From the NCBI GenBank assembly GCA_045532675.1, contig JAZSGJ010000108.1, positions 1-46,152 on the forward strand: 46,152 bases of DNA, given 5' to 3'. The notes beneath the pieces were generated by a model. It was given only the letters and a program-made list of their open reading frames with translations. It made no database searches and was not told the origin of the DNA. Positions 35,550 to 45,035 of this stretch are shown here, piece by piece; within the stretch, counting starts at the first letter, position 1, and every line of letters begins with the position of its first letter. Made by a program: the position numbers and the translations under genes. Source of the DNA: Eubacteriales bacterium (GTDB taxonomy: Bacteria; Bacillota; Clostridia; Oscillospirales; CAG-272).

Positions 35550-38500
35550 TTAACTTCTTTTTCTGCAAATAGGCTTGAATTTGCAATAGTCGCAGGGCGT
35601 GTCGTTTTTTTGCGGTGTCAAAGAGATGTTTCCGTGTTTCATTTCACCCGAAATTTCCCGCACCTTGTCCGAAATCTTCTCGTTGAGCGCATTCCATCCG
35701 TCATAGGTGTATAGGAATTTTTCTGAGCGCGCGTCGGGCGAGCCGTCTTTTTTAAATTTAACGGGAATGTAATTTTTATTCATAGCTCCAATGCTGACCT
35801 CGTCATCAAGAAGCATTCCTCGGCGCTCCTGCTTCTTTTTAAGAGCCTCGTCTGCCGCTTCTTTATCGGGGAGGGGAACTGTGACATCGCTCATGTCGGT
35901 CTTAACGTATATAACTCCGGCAGGAATTATTCTGCCCCGATCTCCGAGACCTAGCTTTTTTGAAAACTCTTTATCGTCTGTATCGACTATCGCCTTGAGG
36001 TAAAGGAACATCTGCAGATTCTTTCCCTCGTCGATGTCGCTTGGTGAGAAGGTTTTTGCGCCTGTTTTATAGTCTATGACTCGAACGTAGACATCATCTC
36101 CCGATTTGTAGGTGTCAACTCTGTCAATGCTTCCGTAGACTGAAACGAATCCGCCGTCATCACTCTTAAACGTCGCGGGGGAGGGCATACCCGGCTCGTC
36201 CTTACCGATTTTAAGTTCAAAGAACTGCGGCACGAAGTCGCAGTCGCGAAGCTCCTCGCAAAGTCCGTCAACAACAGGCATTGCCGTTCGGCAAAGACGG
36301 TCAAGTACGATTTTCGTGCGCTTCGATGCCGAAAGAGAATCCTCGCTGATAGTTGAAAGATATTTCCTCGCCGCATTATTAACCATCTTTTCTCTATCTT
36401 CTTTGCTTATATCCTTAGCACCCTTTCCCGCCGCACGTAGCTCGGCAAAGAAGTTTTCGAGAATAGCGTGTATAAACGTACCTATATTTCTTGCGTCGAA
36501 CTGCGCGCTCTCGTTCTCGGAAAGCTTAAGATTGTATCTTAAAAAGTATGCAAACGGACAGCCGACGTAGGTGTCTATTCTCGTCTGAGTCAAGGCAATA
36601 TCGCCCGGGTACATAACCTCTAATGCCGCTTTGTCTATACTAAGATTTTTATTGATTATTTCACCGCGAGAGACGGCAAGCTCACGTTCATATCCCACGG
36701 AAAGAAGCGCATCTTCTATGTCTTTGTTTGCAATTTCGTCAAGAGCCGCGTCGGGATAATATATTCTCTCGGAGAGATTAAGCTCGGATATTTGAACCGG
36801 CTTTACCTCACCGTGAAGAATATCCGAAATTCTGTCTATTATATTAGCTTTTTTCGAGCTTGCAAATGCTTCGTTCCGCGCAGAATATAGGAGCGTAACT
36901 GTATCGTTTGCCGAAGCAAAGGCGCGAGAAAAGAAGAACAGCTCGCGCGCTGCTGTAATATCCTCCGATGGCTCATCAAGAGCTCCGAGGGAGAAAAGAA
37001 TGGCTCTGTCACGCTCGGTAAAGTAAGAGGAATCTTTGGGCGCTCTCGGAAATTCGGCTTGATTCACACCGACAAGGTATACGTGCTTTTTACCCGTTAA
37101 TCTTATCATATCAGCCGATCCGACGGTAACAGTGTCATAAAACGAGGGAATTTTTCCTATATCCGCACTTGAAAGAAGAATTTTTAAAAGGCTTTCAAAT
37201 CCTCGCACGTCAATCTTGGTTTCCCCAAGCACGAGGACCAGAGTGTCAAGAGCAGACGTGATTATCTCCCAGAGCCTTTCATTTTCTTCTGCGGCATCTG
37301 TCTCACCCAAAGAAAGCAGCTCAAGGCATCTTTCTTTTAGCTTATCTTCAACCGAAAGTGAGGTAAGAAATTTAACGAGAACCTCGGCGTATTCCTTAAC
37401 CGTAGCGGCTTCGCTGAGATTTTCTTTGAATTCTGCGAGCGGGTCAATAAGCGCGTGTTTCGTTTCGTCTATTCGGCGGAGTGTTTCTGCTGCACTGTCA
37501 GAATCTGAGCTTGAATATCCGTCGGGACTCATATTCCAGAAAATTCCGTCTGTAAATCTGTCGCCGTTTATCTTCCACATTTCAGTGTAAAGTTCAAATT
37601 CGTCGCACGCATCCGAAGTTATGCCTGAAAGCCGACATTTTGAGTATGAAATTACGTCCTCTCTTTTGAAATTTGCTGATGCGGCGGCAATAGCCGTATA
37701 TATGAGCTTTACCGCCTCGTATGAAGATACGTCGCGTCTTAAGGAAATGAAATGAGGCACTGCTGCCTTCGTAAACGCGGAATCTATTATTCCGAAGTAG
37801 GAGTCGGCCTCTCTTGCAACAACGGCGAAATCCTTATAGGATGCTCCCGCCATAACTCTGCGTCTTATATCCGAGGCAACAAAGGAAAACTCTTCGTACG
37901 GGTCGGATGCTTCAAAAATACGTATACGGTCGCAACAGTCAAGGTAATCTTGGCTGACTTTATCGCTGTTTTTCCATAAAAGCCTTTGCACCGCGCAAAG
38001 AAACTCGGATTTTTCTAAATCAAGCGCATCGGGGCGGACAAGCTTTTTATCAACGTTTATTCTGTCGGCAATTCTGAGTATTTTTTTTTTGGTTCTTATA
38101 ATTTCCGAAAACTCAAATGAGTCGTACTCAGCCTTTGAGACGGTGAGGTGAAGAGTTACATCCGAACGCTTCATTAGCTGAGCTAAAACCTTACATTGCG
38201 GCTCTGTAAAAGAGGTGAAGCCGGATATAAAGAAGTAAACTCCGTAAAAGGCGTCCGGGCATTCTTCAAGCTTTGCCGAAAGCTTCTCGCATTCGTCTTT
38301 TGCGCTTGAATATTTTTCATCAAGCAACTTTTGGTAAAGTGTCATGATTTTGGATATATCGGAAAGCTTTTTTGAAAGTCTTGCGCTTTTTCTTATATCG
38401 TTGTTTTCGCTGAGCGCCCACAATTCATCGGCATGCGCGCCGATACTTTTCATTTCCGAAACTGCGGAAAGCGCCTTTTCAACGAGACCTGTGTTAATTT

Positions 38501-38831
38501 CCCTTCGTCCGTCGGTCATGTAAAGAAACGGAGATAGCTCTGTCAGCGTTTTCCACATTATAAGCGACTCGGTTCTGCTGTCAGCATATTTTGCGGCAAT
38601 TCCGCCAAGAGTTCTGCAGGCAGTGTTCGCAAATCGCGTGAAGTTTGTCGCTTCAAATGTCAGTGGGGCGCTGTCGGGCAGGAATTCCGCCATTTCTTTT
38701 TCGGCGCTCACCGTCTGCTGCTCGGGAACTATAAGAAATACTTTTTTACCCTCTTTCGTCAGTCGAAGTATTTCCTCTTTCATTTCTGCGTAGGTTACGG
38801 AAGAGAAGCCGCCCTCGAAGATTTTAAGCAT
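35550..38831 (-). CDS. addB: helicase-nuclease complex subunit AddB/RexB
   Basis: 1093 aa. The RecB-type nuclease motif is VRVIDYKTG. The Fe-S cysteines are GCPFAYF and CDYCKFKPIC. The Walker A position reads GGFSSVTY, which is degenerate. Confidence 0.9.
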   Translation of the reverse strand: MLKIFEGGFSSVTYAEMKEEILRLTKEGKKVFLIVPEQQTVSAEKEMAEFLPDSAPLTFEATNFTRFANTACRTLGGIAAKYADSRTESLIMWKTLTELSPFLYMTDGRREINTGLVEKALSAVSEMKSIGAHADELWALSENNDIRKSARLSKKLSDISKIMTLYQKLLDEKYSSAKDECEKLSAKLEECPDAFYGVYFFISGFTSFTEPQCKVLAQLMKRSDVTLHLTVSKAEYDSFEFSEIIRTKKKILRIADRINVDKKLVRPDALDLEKSEFLCAVQRLLWKNSDKVSQDYLDCCDRIRIFEASDPYEEFSFVASDIRRRVMAGASYKDFAVVAREADSYFGIIDSAFTKAAVPHFISLRRDVSSYEAVKLIYTAIAAASANFKREDVISYSKCRLSGITSDACDEFELYTEMWKINGDRFTDGIFWNMSPDGYSSSDSDSAAETLRRIDETKHALIDPLAEFKENLSEAATVKEYAEVLVKFLTSLSVEDKLKERCLELLSLGETDAAEENERLWEIITSALDTLVLVLGETKIDVRGFESLLKILLSSADIGKIPSFYDTVTVGSADMIRLTGKKHVYLVGVNQAEFPRAPKDSSYFTERDRAILFSLGALDEPSEDITAARELFFFSRAFASANDTVTLLYSARNEAFASSKKANIIDRISDILHGEVKPVQISELNLSERIYYPDAALDEIANKDIEDALLSVGYERELAVSRGEIINKNLSIDKAALEVMYPGDIALTQTRIDTYVGCPFAYFLRYNLKLSENESAQFDARNIGTFIHAILENFFAELRAAGKGAKDISKEDREKMVNNAARKYLSTISEDSLSASKRTKIVLDRLCRTAMPVVDGLCEELRDCDFVPQFFELKIGKDEPGMPSPATFKSDDGGFVSVYGSIDRVDTYKSGDDVYVRVIDYKTGAKTFSPSDIDEGKNLQMFLYLKAIVDTDDKEFSKKLGLGDRGRIIPAGVIYVKTDMSDVTVPLPDKEAADEALKKKQERRGMLLDDEVSIGAMNKNYIPVKFKKDGSPDARSEKFLYTYDGWNALNEKISDKVREISGEMKHGNISLTPQKNDTPCDYCKFKPICRKRS

Positions 38832-39381
38832 TCTTTTTTCCTCCCGTATATTTTTCGTCTATTTTGTAGCCACACTTGCGCGAGGAGATTATTATTTTTT
38901 CTCCGTGCACTTCGAGCTTTTCTCTGAGATAATGAATATATACGTTTATAATGCCCGCGTCCTTTTCGTTTTGCCATACGTCACGGAGAATATCTTCCTT
39001 TGATGTAAATTCGCCATCGCTTTTCATAAGTCTCTCAAGAAGAGCAAATTCAAGCTCGGTGAGCTTTATTTTTTCTTTTCTGAGATATGCGGCTCTTTCG
39101 TCGCGTGCGAGAACAAGCTGAACGTCCCGTGAGCCGCCGGACAAAATCTCCGTGAGCGTGCCGAGAGGGAAGGGAATGGAAATATCCGCACCGCCTTTGC
39201 GGCTCATAGATATGTAATTTTGAGCCTCAATGCTTGCCGTATCTGTATCGACGAGCAGAATGTCGGCGTCTTGACCTTCACCGCGCACAACGTTTACCCA
39301 CTCGGGCGCATCAAGTAAAATTTTTTGAAAAAGAAAGCTGTCAGCCGTATATACGGCTACTTTTTTTTTGTTTTTTCCCAT
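38824..39381 (-). CDS. OmpR/PhoB-type winged-helix DNA-binding protein with short atypical N-terminal domain
   Basis: The C-terminus LTELEFALLERLM...VWQNE...INVYIHYLREKL...CGYKI is Trans_reg_C-like. The ~95-aa N-terminal region is too short and divergent for a canonical receiver. The 3' end overlaps the addB start by 8 nt. Confidence 0.7.
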   Translation of the reverse strand: MGKNKKKVAVYTADSFLFQKILLDAPEWVNVVRGEGQDADILLVDTDTASIEAQNYISMSRKGGADISIPFPLGTLTEILSGGSRDVQLVLARDERAAYLRKEKIKLTELEFALLERLMKSDGEFTSKEDILRDVWQNEKDAGIINVYIHYLREKLEVHGEKIIISSRKCGYKIDEKYTGGKKNA

Positions 39382-39592
39382 AGCTTATCCAATCTCAAAA
39401 TCAGTTTTTTGTAAAATTCTAATTTATTAGAAATATTATAATAAAAATTATCAGTTTTGTCAATATCTCTGAGCAGTATAATAGGATGATATCAATTTTT
39501 GCAATGCCTTGGGCAATTTTTGCAATTGTTGAAAGTTTGGAGTTATAGTATAATAAATTCAACGATAAATATTAAAAGGAGTTGTACGTAAA

Positions 39593-40561
39593 ATGGACAA
39601 CAATATGATGAACGAACTTTATTCTATCGGTCTTATTCCTGTAATTAAGATTGAAAATCCCGATGACGCGGTTCCGCTTGCAAAGGCGCTTATCGACGGC
39701 GGACTTCCCGCTGCGGAAATCACCTTCAGAACTGCTTGCGCTGCAGAGGCTATCAAGAATATTACAGAGACCTATCCTGAGATGCTTGTAGGTGCAGGCA
39801 CCGTGCTTACTACCGAGCAGGTTGACGCTGCTATCGCCGCAGGCTCTAAATTCCTCGTTTCCCCCGGTCTTAACCCCAAGGTAACCGCATACGCTCTTTC
39901 AAAGGGAATTACGATGCTTCCCGGATGCTCAAATCCCTCTGACGTTGAAGCGGCTCTTGAGCTTGGACTTTCTACCGTAAAATTCTTCCCGGCTGAAGCT
40001 GCGGGCGGTCTTAAGATGCTTAAGGCTATGTCTGCTCCTTACGGCAAGCTTAACTTCATGCCCACAGGCGGTATCAGCGCCGACAACCTTCTTGAATACC
40101 TCAAGTTTAACAAGATTATAGCTTGCGGCGGCTCGTTTATGGTAAAGGATGAGCTTGTTAAGGAAAAGAAGTGGGATGAGATTACCGCTCTTACAAGAAA
40201 CGCTGTTAAGACTATGCTCGGACTTGAGTTCGTTCATATCGGAATCAACAACGAAAACGACGCTGAGGCGCAGAAGAGCGCGAAGCTCTTTGAGCTTATG
40301 TTCGGTATGCCCCTCCGTCAGACCTCAAAGTCAATCTTTGCGGGCGAGGCGTGTGAGTTTATGTGCGGCAAGGGTCCCGGAACTCACGGTCATATAGGTA
40401 TCAGAACAAACTTCGTTGACAGAGCTATGGCTTACTTCAAGAGACTTGGCTTTGAGTTCGACGAGTCGAGCATAACCTATGACGAGAAGAGCGGAAAGCC
40501 GAAGTTCGTATACTTCAAGGATGAAATTTCCGGATTTGCCGTTCACCTCGTTCAGAAATAA
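39593..40561 (+). CDS. eda: KDPG/KHG aldolase (Eda) fused to a C-terminal VOC/glyoxalase-like domain
   Basis: Residues 1-205 include the motifs IPVIKI, EITFRT, GAGTV and the Schiff-base STVKFFPA. Residues ~208-322 (nt 40214..40558) form an extra beta-alpha-beta-like domain, LEFVHIGIN...HIGIRTN...FAVHLVQK. Confidence 0.85.
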   Translation: MDNNMMNELYSIGLIPVIKIENPDDAVPLAKALIDGGLPAAEITFRTACAAEAIKNITETYPEMLVGAGTVLTTEQVDAAIAAGSKFLVSPGLNPKVTAYALSKGITMLPGCSNPSDVEAALELGLSTVKFFPAEAAGGLKMLKAMSAPYGKLNFMPTGGISADNLLEYLKFNKIIACGGSFMVKDELVKEKKWDEITALTRNAVKTMLGLEFVHIGINNENDAEAQKSAKLFELMFGMPLRQTSKSIFAGEACEFMCGKGPGTHGHIGIRTNFVDRAMAYFKRLGFEFDESSITYDEKSGKPKFVYFKDEISGFAVHLVQK

Positions 40562-40578
40562 TATCAGTTGAAATAGAA

Positions 40579-40615
40579 AGGCTGCCTCACACAGTTTGAG
40601 ACAGCCTGATTTTTA
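40579..40615 (+). terminator. intrinsic terminator after eda
   Basis: The stem is aggctgcctca (40579..40589) with tgagacagcct (40597..40607). gaTTTTT follows. Confidence 0.7.
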
Positions 40616-40634
40616 GTGTAAAGGAGGCGGTTTT

Positions 40635-42410
40635 TTGATTTTCGGAAAGCATATTAACCGCTATTATTTAAAATATTCTCCTATTCTCCTTCTCGGTGTT
40701 ATCGCTCTTTTGCTCGTCGACTATTTTCAGCTTGAAATTCCCGAGCTTTATAAGACGGTAATCGACGGAATAAATAACGGCTCGGTCGTAGTCGGGGGAG
40801 TTGAGCGAGAGTTTAATATGGAATTCGTGCTTACGAAGATATGCGAGCCATTTATAGTTATAATTTTAGCTATGGTGGTCGGAAGATTTCTTTGGCGCGT
40901 CTGCTTCTTCGGAGCGGCAATAAAAACCGAAACCGACCTTAGAGGCAGGATGTTTGACCATGCGAAAACACTTTCTCAGGAATACTATCAGAGAAACAAG
41001 GTCGGAAATCTTATGTCGCTTTTTACAAACGATCTTGAAACTATTCAGGAGTGCTTTGGCGATGGTGTTCTTATGTTCTTTGACGCGCTTTTGCTCGGCG
41101 CTTTAGCCATATTCAAAATGGGTAAAATGGATATACGCCTTACGCTTCTTTCTCTTGTTCCGATGGTATTTCTTTTTATAGTTTCCACCATCGTCGGAAA
41201 TTACATGATGAAAAAGTGGGAAATAAGGCAGGAGGTGTTTTCAAAGCTTTCGGATTTCTCACAGGAGAGCTTTTCGGGAATTGCAGTTATAAAGGCGTTT
41301 GTAAAAGAGTTTCGCGAGTTGTGGGCGTTTAAAAAGCTCAGCCGTGAGAACGAGGACGCAAACGTAAGCTTTACGAGGGCGTCTGTGCTTTTACATATAT
41401 CGGTCACTCTTTTCGTTGAATCGGTAATATGCATAATCCTCGGATACGGAGGATATCTCGTCTACGTAGACAAATTCACAGCGGGCCAGCTTATAGAGTT
41501 TATGAGCTACTTTTCCTCTGTCGTGTGGCCTGTTATGGCAATTTCGCAGCTTATTGAAATGTCCTCGCGCGGTAGGGCTTCCATGAAAAGAATCTCGGAG
41601 CTTCTTGATGCCAAAGCAAACGTAGTTGACTCGGATGGCGTTCAAGACGTTGACTTTATCGGGGGAGATATAGAATTTAAAAATCTTACCTTCCGTTATC
41701 CCGACGCCGATTACGACGCGCTCTCGGACGCCTCGTTTAAGATAAATCGGGGAGAGAACGTAGGTCTTATCGGTAAGACGGGCGCGGGAAAAACCACGGT
41801 TGTCGACCTGATACTCAGAATATATAACGTTCCCGACGGAACGCTGTTTATAGACGGACACGACGTTAACTCTATTCCTATAAGGACAGTCAGAAAATTC
41901 TCCGCATACGTTCCGCAGGATAATTTCCTTTTCAGCGATACGATAGAGAATAATATCGCATTTGCCACTGACGATAAGGATAAAGAAAAGGTTATACGCG
42001 CGGCAACTCTTTCAGACGTTCACGAAAATATATCCGAATTTAAAGAAGGGTATTCAACAGTCCTCGGTGAGCGCGGCGTAACCGTCTCGGGCGGTCAGAA
42101 GCAAAGAATTTCTATCGCGAGAGCGCTTATGAAGGACGCGTCTATACTCATTCTTGACGATTCTGTTTCCGCGGTTGACACGGGCACGGAGCGCGTGATA
42201 ATCGATAATCTAAAGGCTAACAGACGCGGTAAGACTACGATACTTATATCACACAGAATATCTACGGTCGAAAATATGGATAAGATAATATTTATTGATG
42301 ACGGAAAAATTCTTGACGTCGGCGCGCACTCGGAGCTTATAGAAAGATGCCCCGAATATAAAACCATGGTTGAGCTTCAAAGGCTTGAGGAAGAGAGGGA
42401 CGCGCAATGA
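40635..42410 (+). CDS. ABC exporter half-transporter (TMD-NBD), degenerate-site subunit
   Basis: It has six TM segments, Walker A GKTGAGKTT and signature VSGGQKQR. The Walker B reads ILILDDS, with Asp in place of the catalytic Glu. The TTG start lies 7 nt after AAGGAGG. Confidence 0.9.
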   Translation: MIFGKHINRYYLKYSPILLLGVIALLLVDYFQLEIPELYKTVIDGINNGSVVVGGVEREFNMEFVLTKICEPFIVIILAMVVGRFLWRVCFFGAAIKTETDLRGRMFDHAKTLSQEYYQRNKVGNLMSLFTNDLETIQECFGDGVLMFFDALLLGALAIFKMGKMDIRLTLLSLVPMVFLFIVSTIVGNYMMKKWEIRQEVFSKLSDFSQESFSGIAVIKAFVKEFRELWAFKKLSRENEDANVSFTRASVLLHISVTLFVESVICIILGYGGYLVYVDKFTAGQLIEFMSYFSSVVWPVMAISQLIEMSSRGRASMKRISELLDAKANVVDSDGVQDVDFIGGDIEFKNLTFRYPDADYDALSDASFKINRGENVGLIGKTGAGKTTVVDLILRIYNVPDGTLFIDGHDVNSIPIRTVRKFSAYVPQDNFLFSDTIENNIAFATDDKDKEKVIRAATLSDVHENISEFKEGYSTVLGERGVTVSGGQKQRISIARALMKDASILILDDSVSAVDTGTERVIIDNLKANRRGKTTILISHRISTVENMDKIIFIDDGKILDVGAHSELIERCPEYKTMVELQRLEEERDAQ

Positions 42411-44299
42411 TGAAATATTATCCCTTTCTTATCACCGGCGCGATAATAGGAACGTTTACCCTGGTATTTATTCTTGCTTACGCCTTTATGAAGAATAAAA
42501 AGGAAGCCGTCGGCTTTGACAGAAATATGAAGGACAGCGAGATAATTCGCAGAATGGGTAAATATATTAAGCCTTATATACCCGAGTTTTCAGCGGCTAT
42601 TTTCATAATGCTCATATCAATAGGCTACGATATAGCATCTCCTCTTCTCGTTAAGAATATTGAGGAGATGATCAAGGACGATTTTGAGATGTCAAGGCTG
42701 CTTGCGACGGTAGCCGTTTACGCGGGAGTGCTTATAGTTTCCCTCGTATGCACCTATATTCAAGCTATCATACTTCAAAAGGTGGGACAGAAGATGCTCT
42801 CCGCAATGCGTGAGGAGGTTTTTGTTCATATCGAAAGTCTGTCTCATGACCAGCTTAATCACATTCCCGTAGGAAAGCTCGTCACAAGAGTCACAAATGA
42901 TACAAACTCGATATCGATGCTTTTCACGAGCGTTCTCGTTAATCTTCTTAAGAACATATTTCTCGTATTTGCAGTCCTTGCGGCTATGCTTCTTCTGAAC
43001 TACGCGCTTACGCTTATGGTGCTTTGCTTCGTGCCGTTTATAGTTCTTTTCACTATGATATTCAGAAAATTTCTGCGCCGCGCATACAGGCAGGTAAAGG
43101 ATGCTACGACGGATATCAATACATATCTTTCCGAAAACCTTTCGGGAATGAAGATAACGCAGATTTTCAACAGAGAAGAAAAGAAAATGGCAGAGTTTTC
43201 GGAGAAAAACAACGGACTCGGAAAAGCCAAGGAACGCGAAATTATGGTGTTCGGTATTTTCAAACCCGCGGTATATATGCTATATATAACCTCTGTTATG
43301 TGCCTTTTATATCTAGGCGCGCGAGGCGTTATAGAGGACACAGAGTTTTTCGGTCAGCAGATGACAGCAGGAATACTCGTCGCGTTTTATATGTATATAC
43401 AGAAGTTTTTTACGCCTATACAGAATCTTGCGGACCAGTTTAACAGAATGCAGGCGGCGTTTGCCTCGGCTGAAAAAATATTTACCGTTCTTGATATGAA
43501 GCCTGAGGTCGTAGACGAGCCGGACGCGATAGAGCTTGACTCGGTGCGCGGTGAAATTGAGTTTAAAGACGTGTGGTTTGCCTACGTACCGGGCGAATGG
43601 GTGCTTCGCGGAGTCTCGTTCAAGGTAAAGCCTAAGGAAACGGTTGCCTTCGTCGGATCGACCGGCTCGGGAAAAACAACGATACTTTCGCTTATTTGCC
43701 GTAACTACGATATTCAGAAGGGCGAAATTCTTATTGACGGAATAAACATAAGAAAAATAAAAATATCATCCCTTCGCCGCCACTTCGGTCAGATGCTTCA
43801 GGATGTATTTCTTTTCAGCGGCACGATACGCTCTAATATAATTTTGCGCGATGAAAGTATTACGGACGAGGAAGTAAAAAACACCTGCGATTACGTTAAT
43901 GCAAGTCACTTTATAAGCAAGCTTTCGGGCGGATTTGACGAGGAGATAAGAGAGCGCGGAAATAATCTTTCCGCAGGTCAGAGGCAGCTTCTCTCATTTG
44001 CGCGAACGATTGTTCATAAGCCGTCTGTTATGATTCTTGACGAGGCTACCGCGAATATAGACACCGAAACCGAGCAACTTATTCAGGATTCCCTTGAAAA
44101 GATGAAAAACATCGGCACTATGCTCATAGTTGCGCATAGGCTCTCTACCATACAGCACGCCGATAATATCATCGTTCTCTCAAAAGGCGAGATAGTTGAG
44201 GAGGGAAATCATTTCGAGCTTCTTGAGAAGCGCGGAAAGTATTACGGGCTCTATACTCTGCAGTATAATAAAGAAAAGCTTACTTCGGAACAAAAATAA
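42407..44299 (+). CDS. ABC exporter half-transporter (TMD-NBD), consensus-site subunit
   Basis: Walker A is GSTGSGKTT and Walker B is MILDEAT, which is canonical. The signature is LSAGQRQ. A 4-nt start/stop overlap joins it to the upstream gene. Confidence 0.9.
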   Translation: MMKYYPFLITGAIIGTFTLVFILAYAFMKNKKEAVGFDRNMKDSEIIRRMGKYIKPYIPEFSAAIFIMLISIGYDIASPLLVKNIEEMIKDDFEMSRLLATVAVYAGVLIVSLVCTYIQAIILQKVGQKMLSAMREEVFVHIESLSHDQLNHIPVGKLVTRVTNDTNSISMLFTSVLVNLLKNIFLVFAVLAAMLLLNYALTLMVLCFVPFIVLFTMIFRKFLRRAYRQVKDATTDINTYLSENLSGMKITQIFNREEKKMAEFSEKNNGLGKAKEREIMVFGIFKPAVYMLYITSVMCLLYLGARGVIEDTEFFGQQMTAGILVAFYMYIQKFFTPIQNLADQFNRMQAAFASAEKIFTVLDMKPEVVDEPDAIELDSVRGEIEFKDVWFAYVPGEWVLRGVSFKVKPKETVAFVGSTGSGKTTILSLICRNYDIQKGEILIDGINIRKIKISSLRRHFGQMLQDVFLFSGTIRSNIILRDESITDEEVKNTCDYVNASHFISKLSGGFDEEIRERGNNLSAGQRQLLSFARTIVHKPSVMILDEATANIDTETEQLIQDSLEKMKNIGTMLIVAHRLSTIQHADNIIVLSKGEIVEEGNHFELLEKRGKYYGLYTLQYNKEKLTSEQK

Positions 44300-44466
44300 A
44301 AAATGCGGGGCATTCTCATTGAGAATAGCCTCGCTTATAATTTCTAAAGCAATCAACAAATCTATTTTATCATAATTTCGTGTGCTTGTAAAGAGGTTTT
44401 TGTAAGAATTACACAATTTCTACATTTTCAACAAAAAATAATTATAAATTACTTACAAATTGCCTA

Positions 44467-44495
44467 TTGCACAGCGCCTCAATTTATGCTATAAT
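44467..44495 (+). promoter_or_regulatory. sigma-A promoter of an orphan non-coding transcription unit
   Basis: TTGCAC (44467..44472), a 17-bp spacer, then TATAAT (44490..44495). Confidence 0.5.
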
Positions 44496-44510
44496 GAAGA
44501 TGCAGAAAGG

Positions 44511-44647
44511 AAAGGTACAGTCCAATGGCAAGTTAAATCAGGAATCAAAGCTCCAATGAAAGTAAAGGTATTGGTCCAATGATAAGTTAATTCAAAATTC
44601 AAAATGCCAATGAAAGTAAAGGTACAGTCCAATGAAAAAGTAAGACG
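44511..44647. repeat. about 2.5 copies of a 53-54 bp tandem repeat
   Basis: The units are 44511..44563, 44564..44617 and 44618..~44647 (partial). Each starts with AAAGGTA. The core CCAATG(A/G) recurs five times. The array is bracketed by GAAAGGAAAGGTA at 44505..44517 and 44658..44670. Confidence 0.7.
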
Positions 44648-44984
44648 TGACTTTTTCGAAAGGAAAGGTAAACTTAAGCCGAAGGTAATAAACACGGCGG
44701 TGCTACGCATTACATAGATTAAATAAATTTTAATAAGATTATATAAATTAAATAGATAAGCAATGATATAAAGGCGGTTTAAGTTTATAAATATTCCCTG
44801 TCGGAAAAGTAGAAAAATCAGAATCCTTTTGTAAAGACAAAAAACGTAATAATTGAGCTGTTTCGGTTAGAAAGATGTGAATGAGGTTTGTGGGGATTTG
44901 TTTGGTTGCGTTAAGGTTTCTTGCAAAAGGCATTTAAGGAAAGAGAGGATAACCAAAAGATGTTAGATATTAAGAGCGAACATA

Positions 44985-45035
44985 AGTGACCCTTGGTTGC
45001 GTAGGTTAAGATGCAGCCAAGGGTCACTTTTTTAT
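44985..45035 (+). terminator. strong intrinsic terminator closing the orphan unit
   Basis: A ~16-bp stem (agtgacccttggttgc with gcagccaagggtcact) is followed by TTTTTTATT. Confidence 0.75.

Noticed and set aside
40595-40606. The 12-mer TTTGAGACAGCC is shared between the eda terminator and the right end of the IS1182-like remnant (35307..35318).
   Set aside because: This is a single short match. In the eda case it is fully explained as one arm of a terminator hairpin. The evidence is insufficient for a dispersed repeat family.
44511-44647. Possible CRISPR array.
   Set aside because: There are only about 2.5 units. The units abut directly, with no unique spacers. The copies are imperfect, and no cas genes or leader are present in the window.
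44489-44710. A 73-aa minus-strand ORF with an internally repeated peptide (TFTFIG...HWT twice).
   Set aside because: The peptide repeat is simply the translation of the 53-bp DNA tandem repeat. There is no RBS, and the ORF runs against the promoter/terminator polarity of the region.
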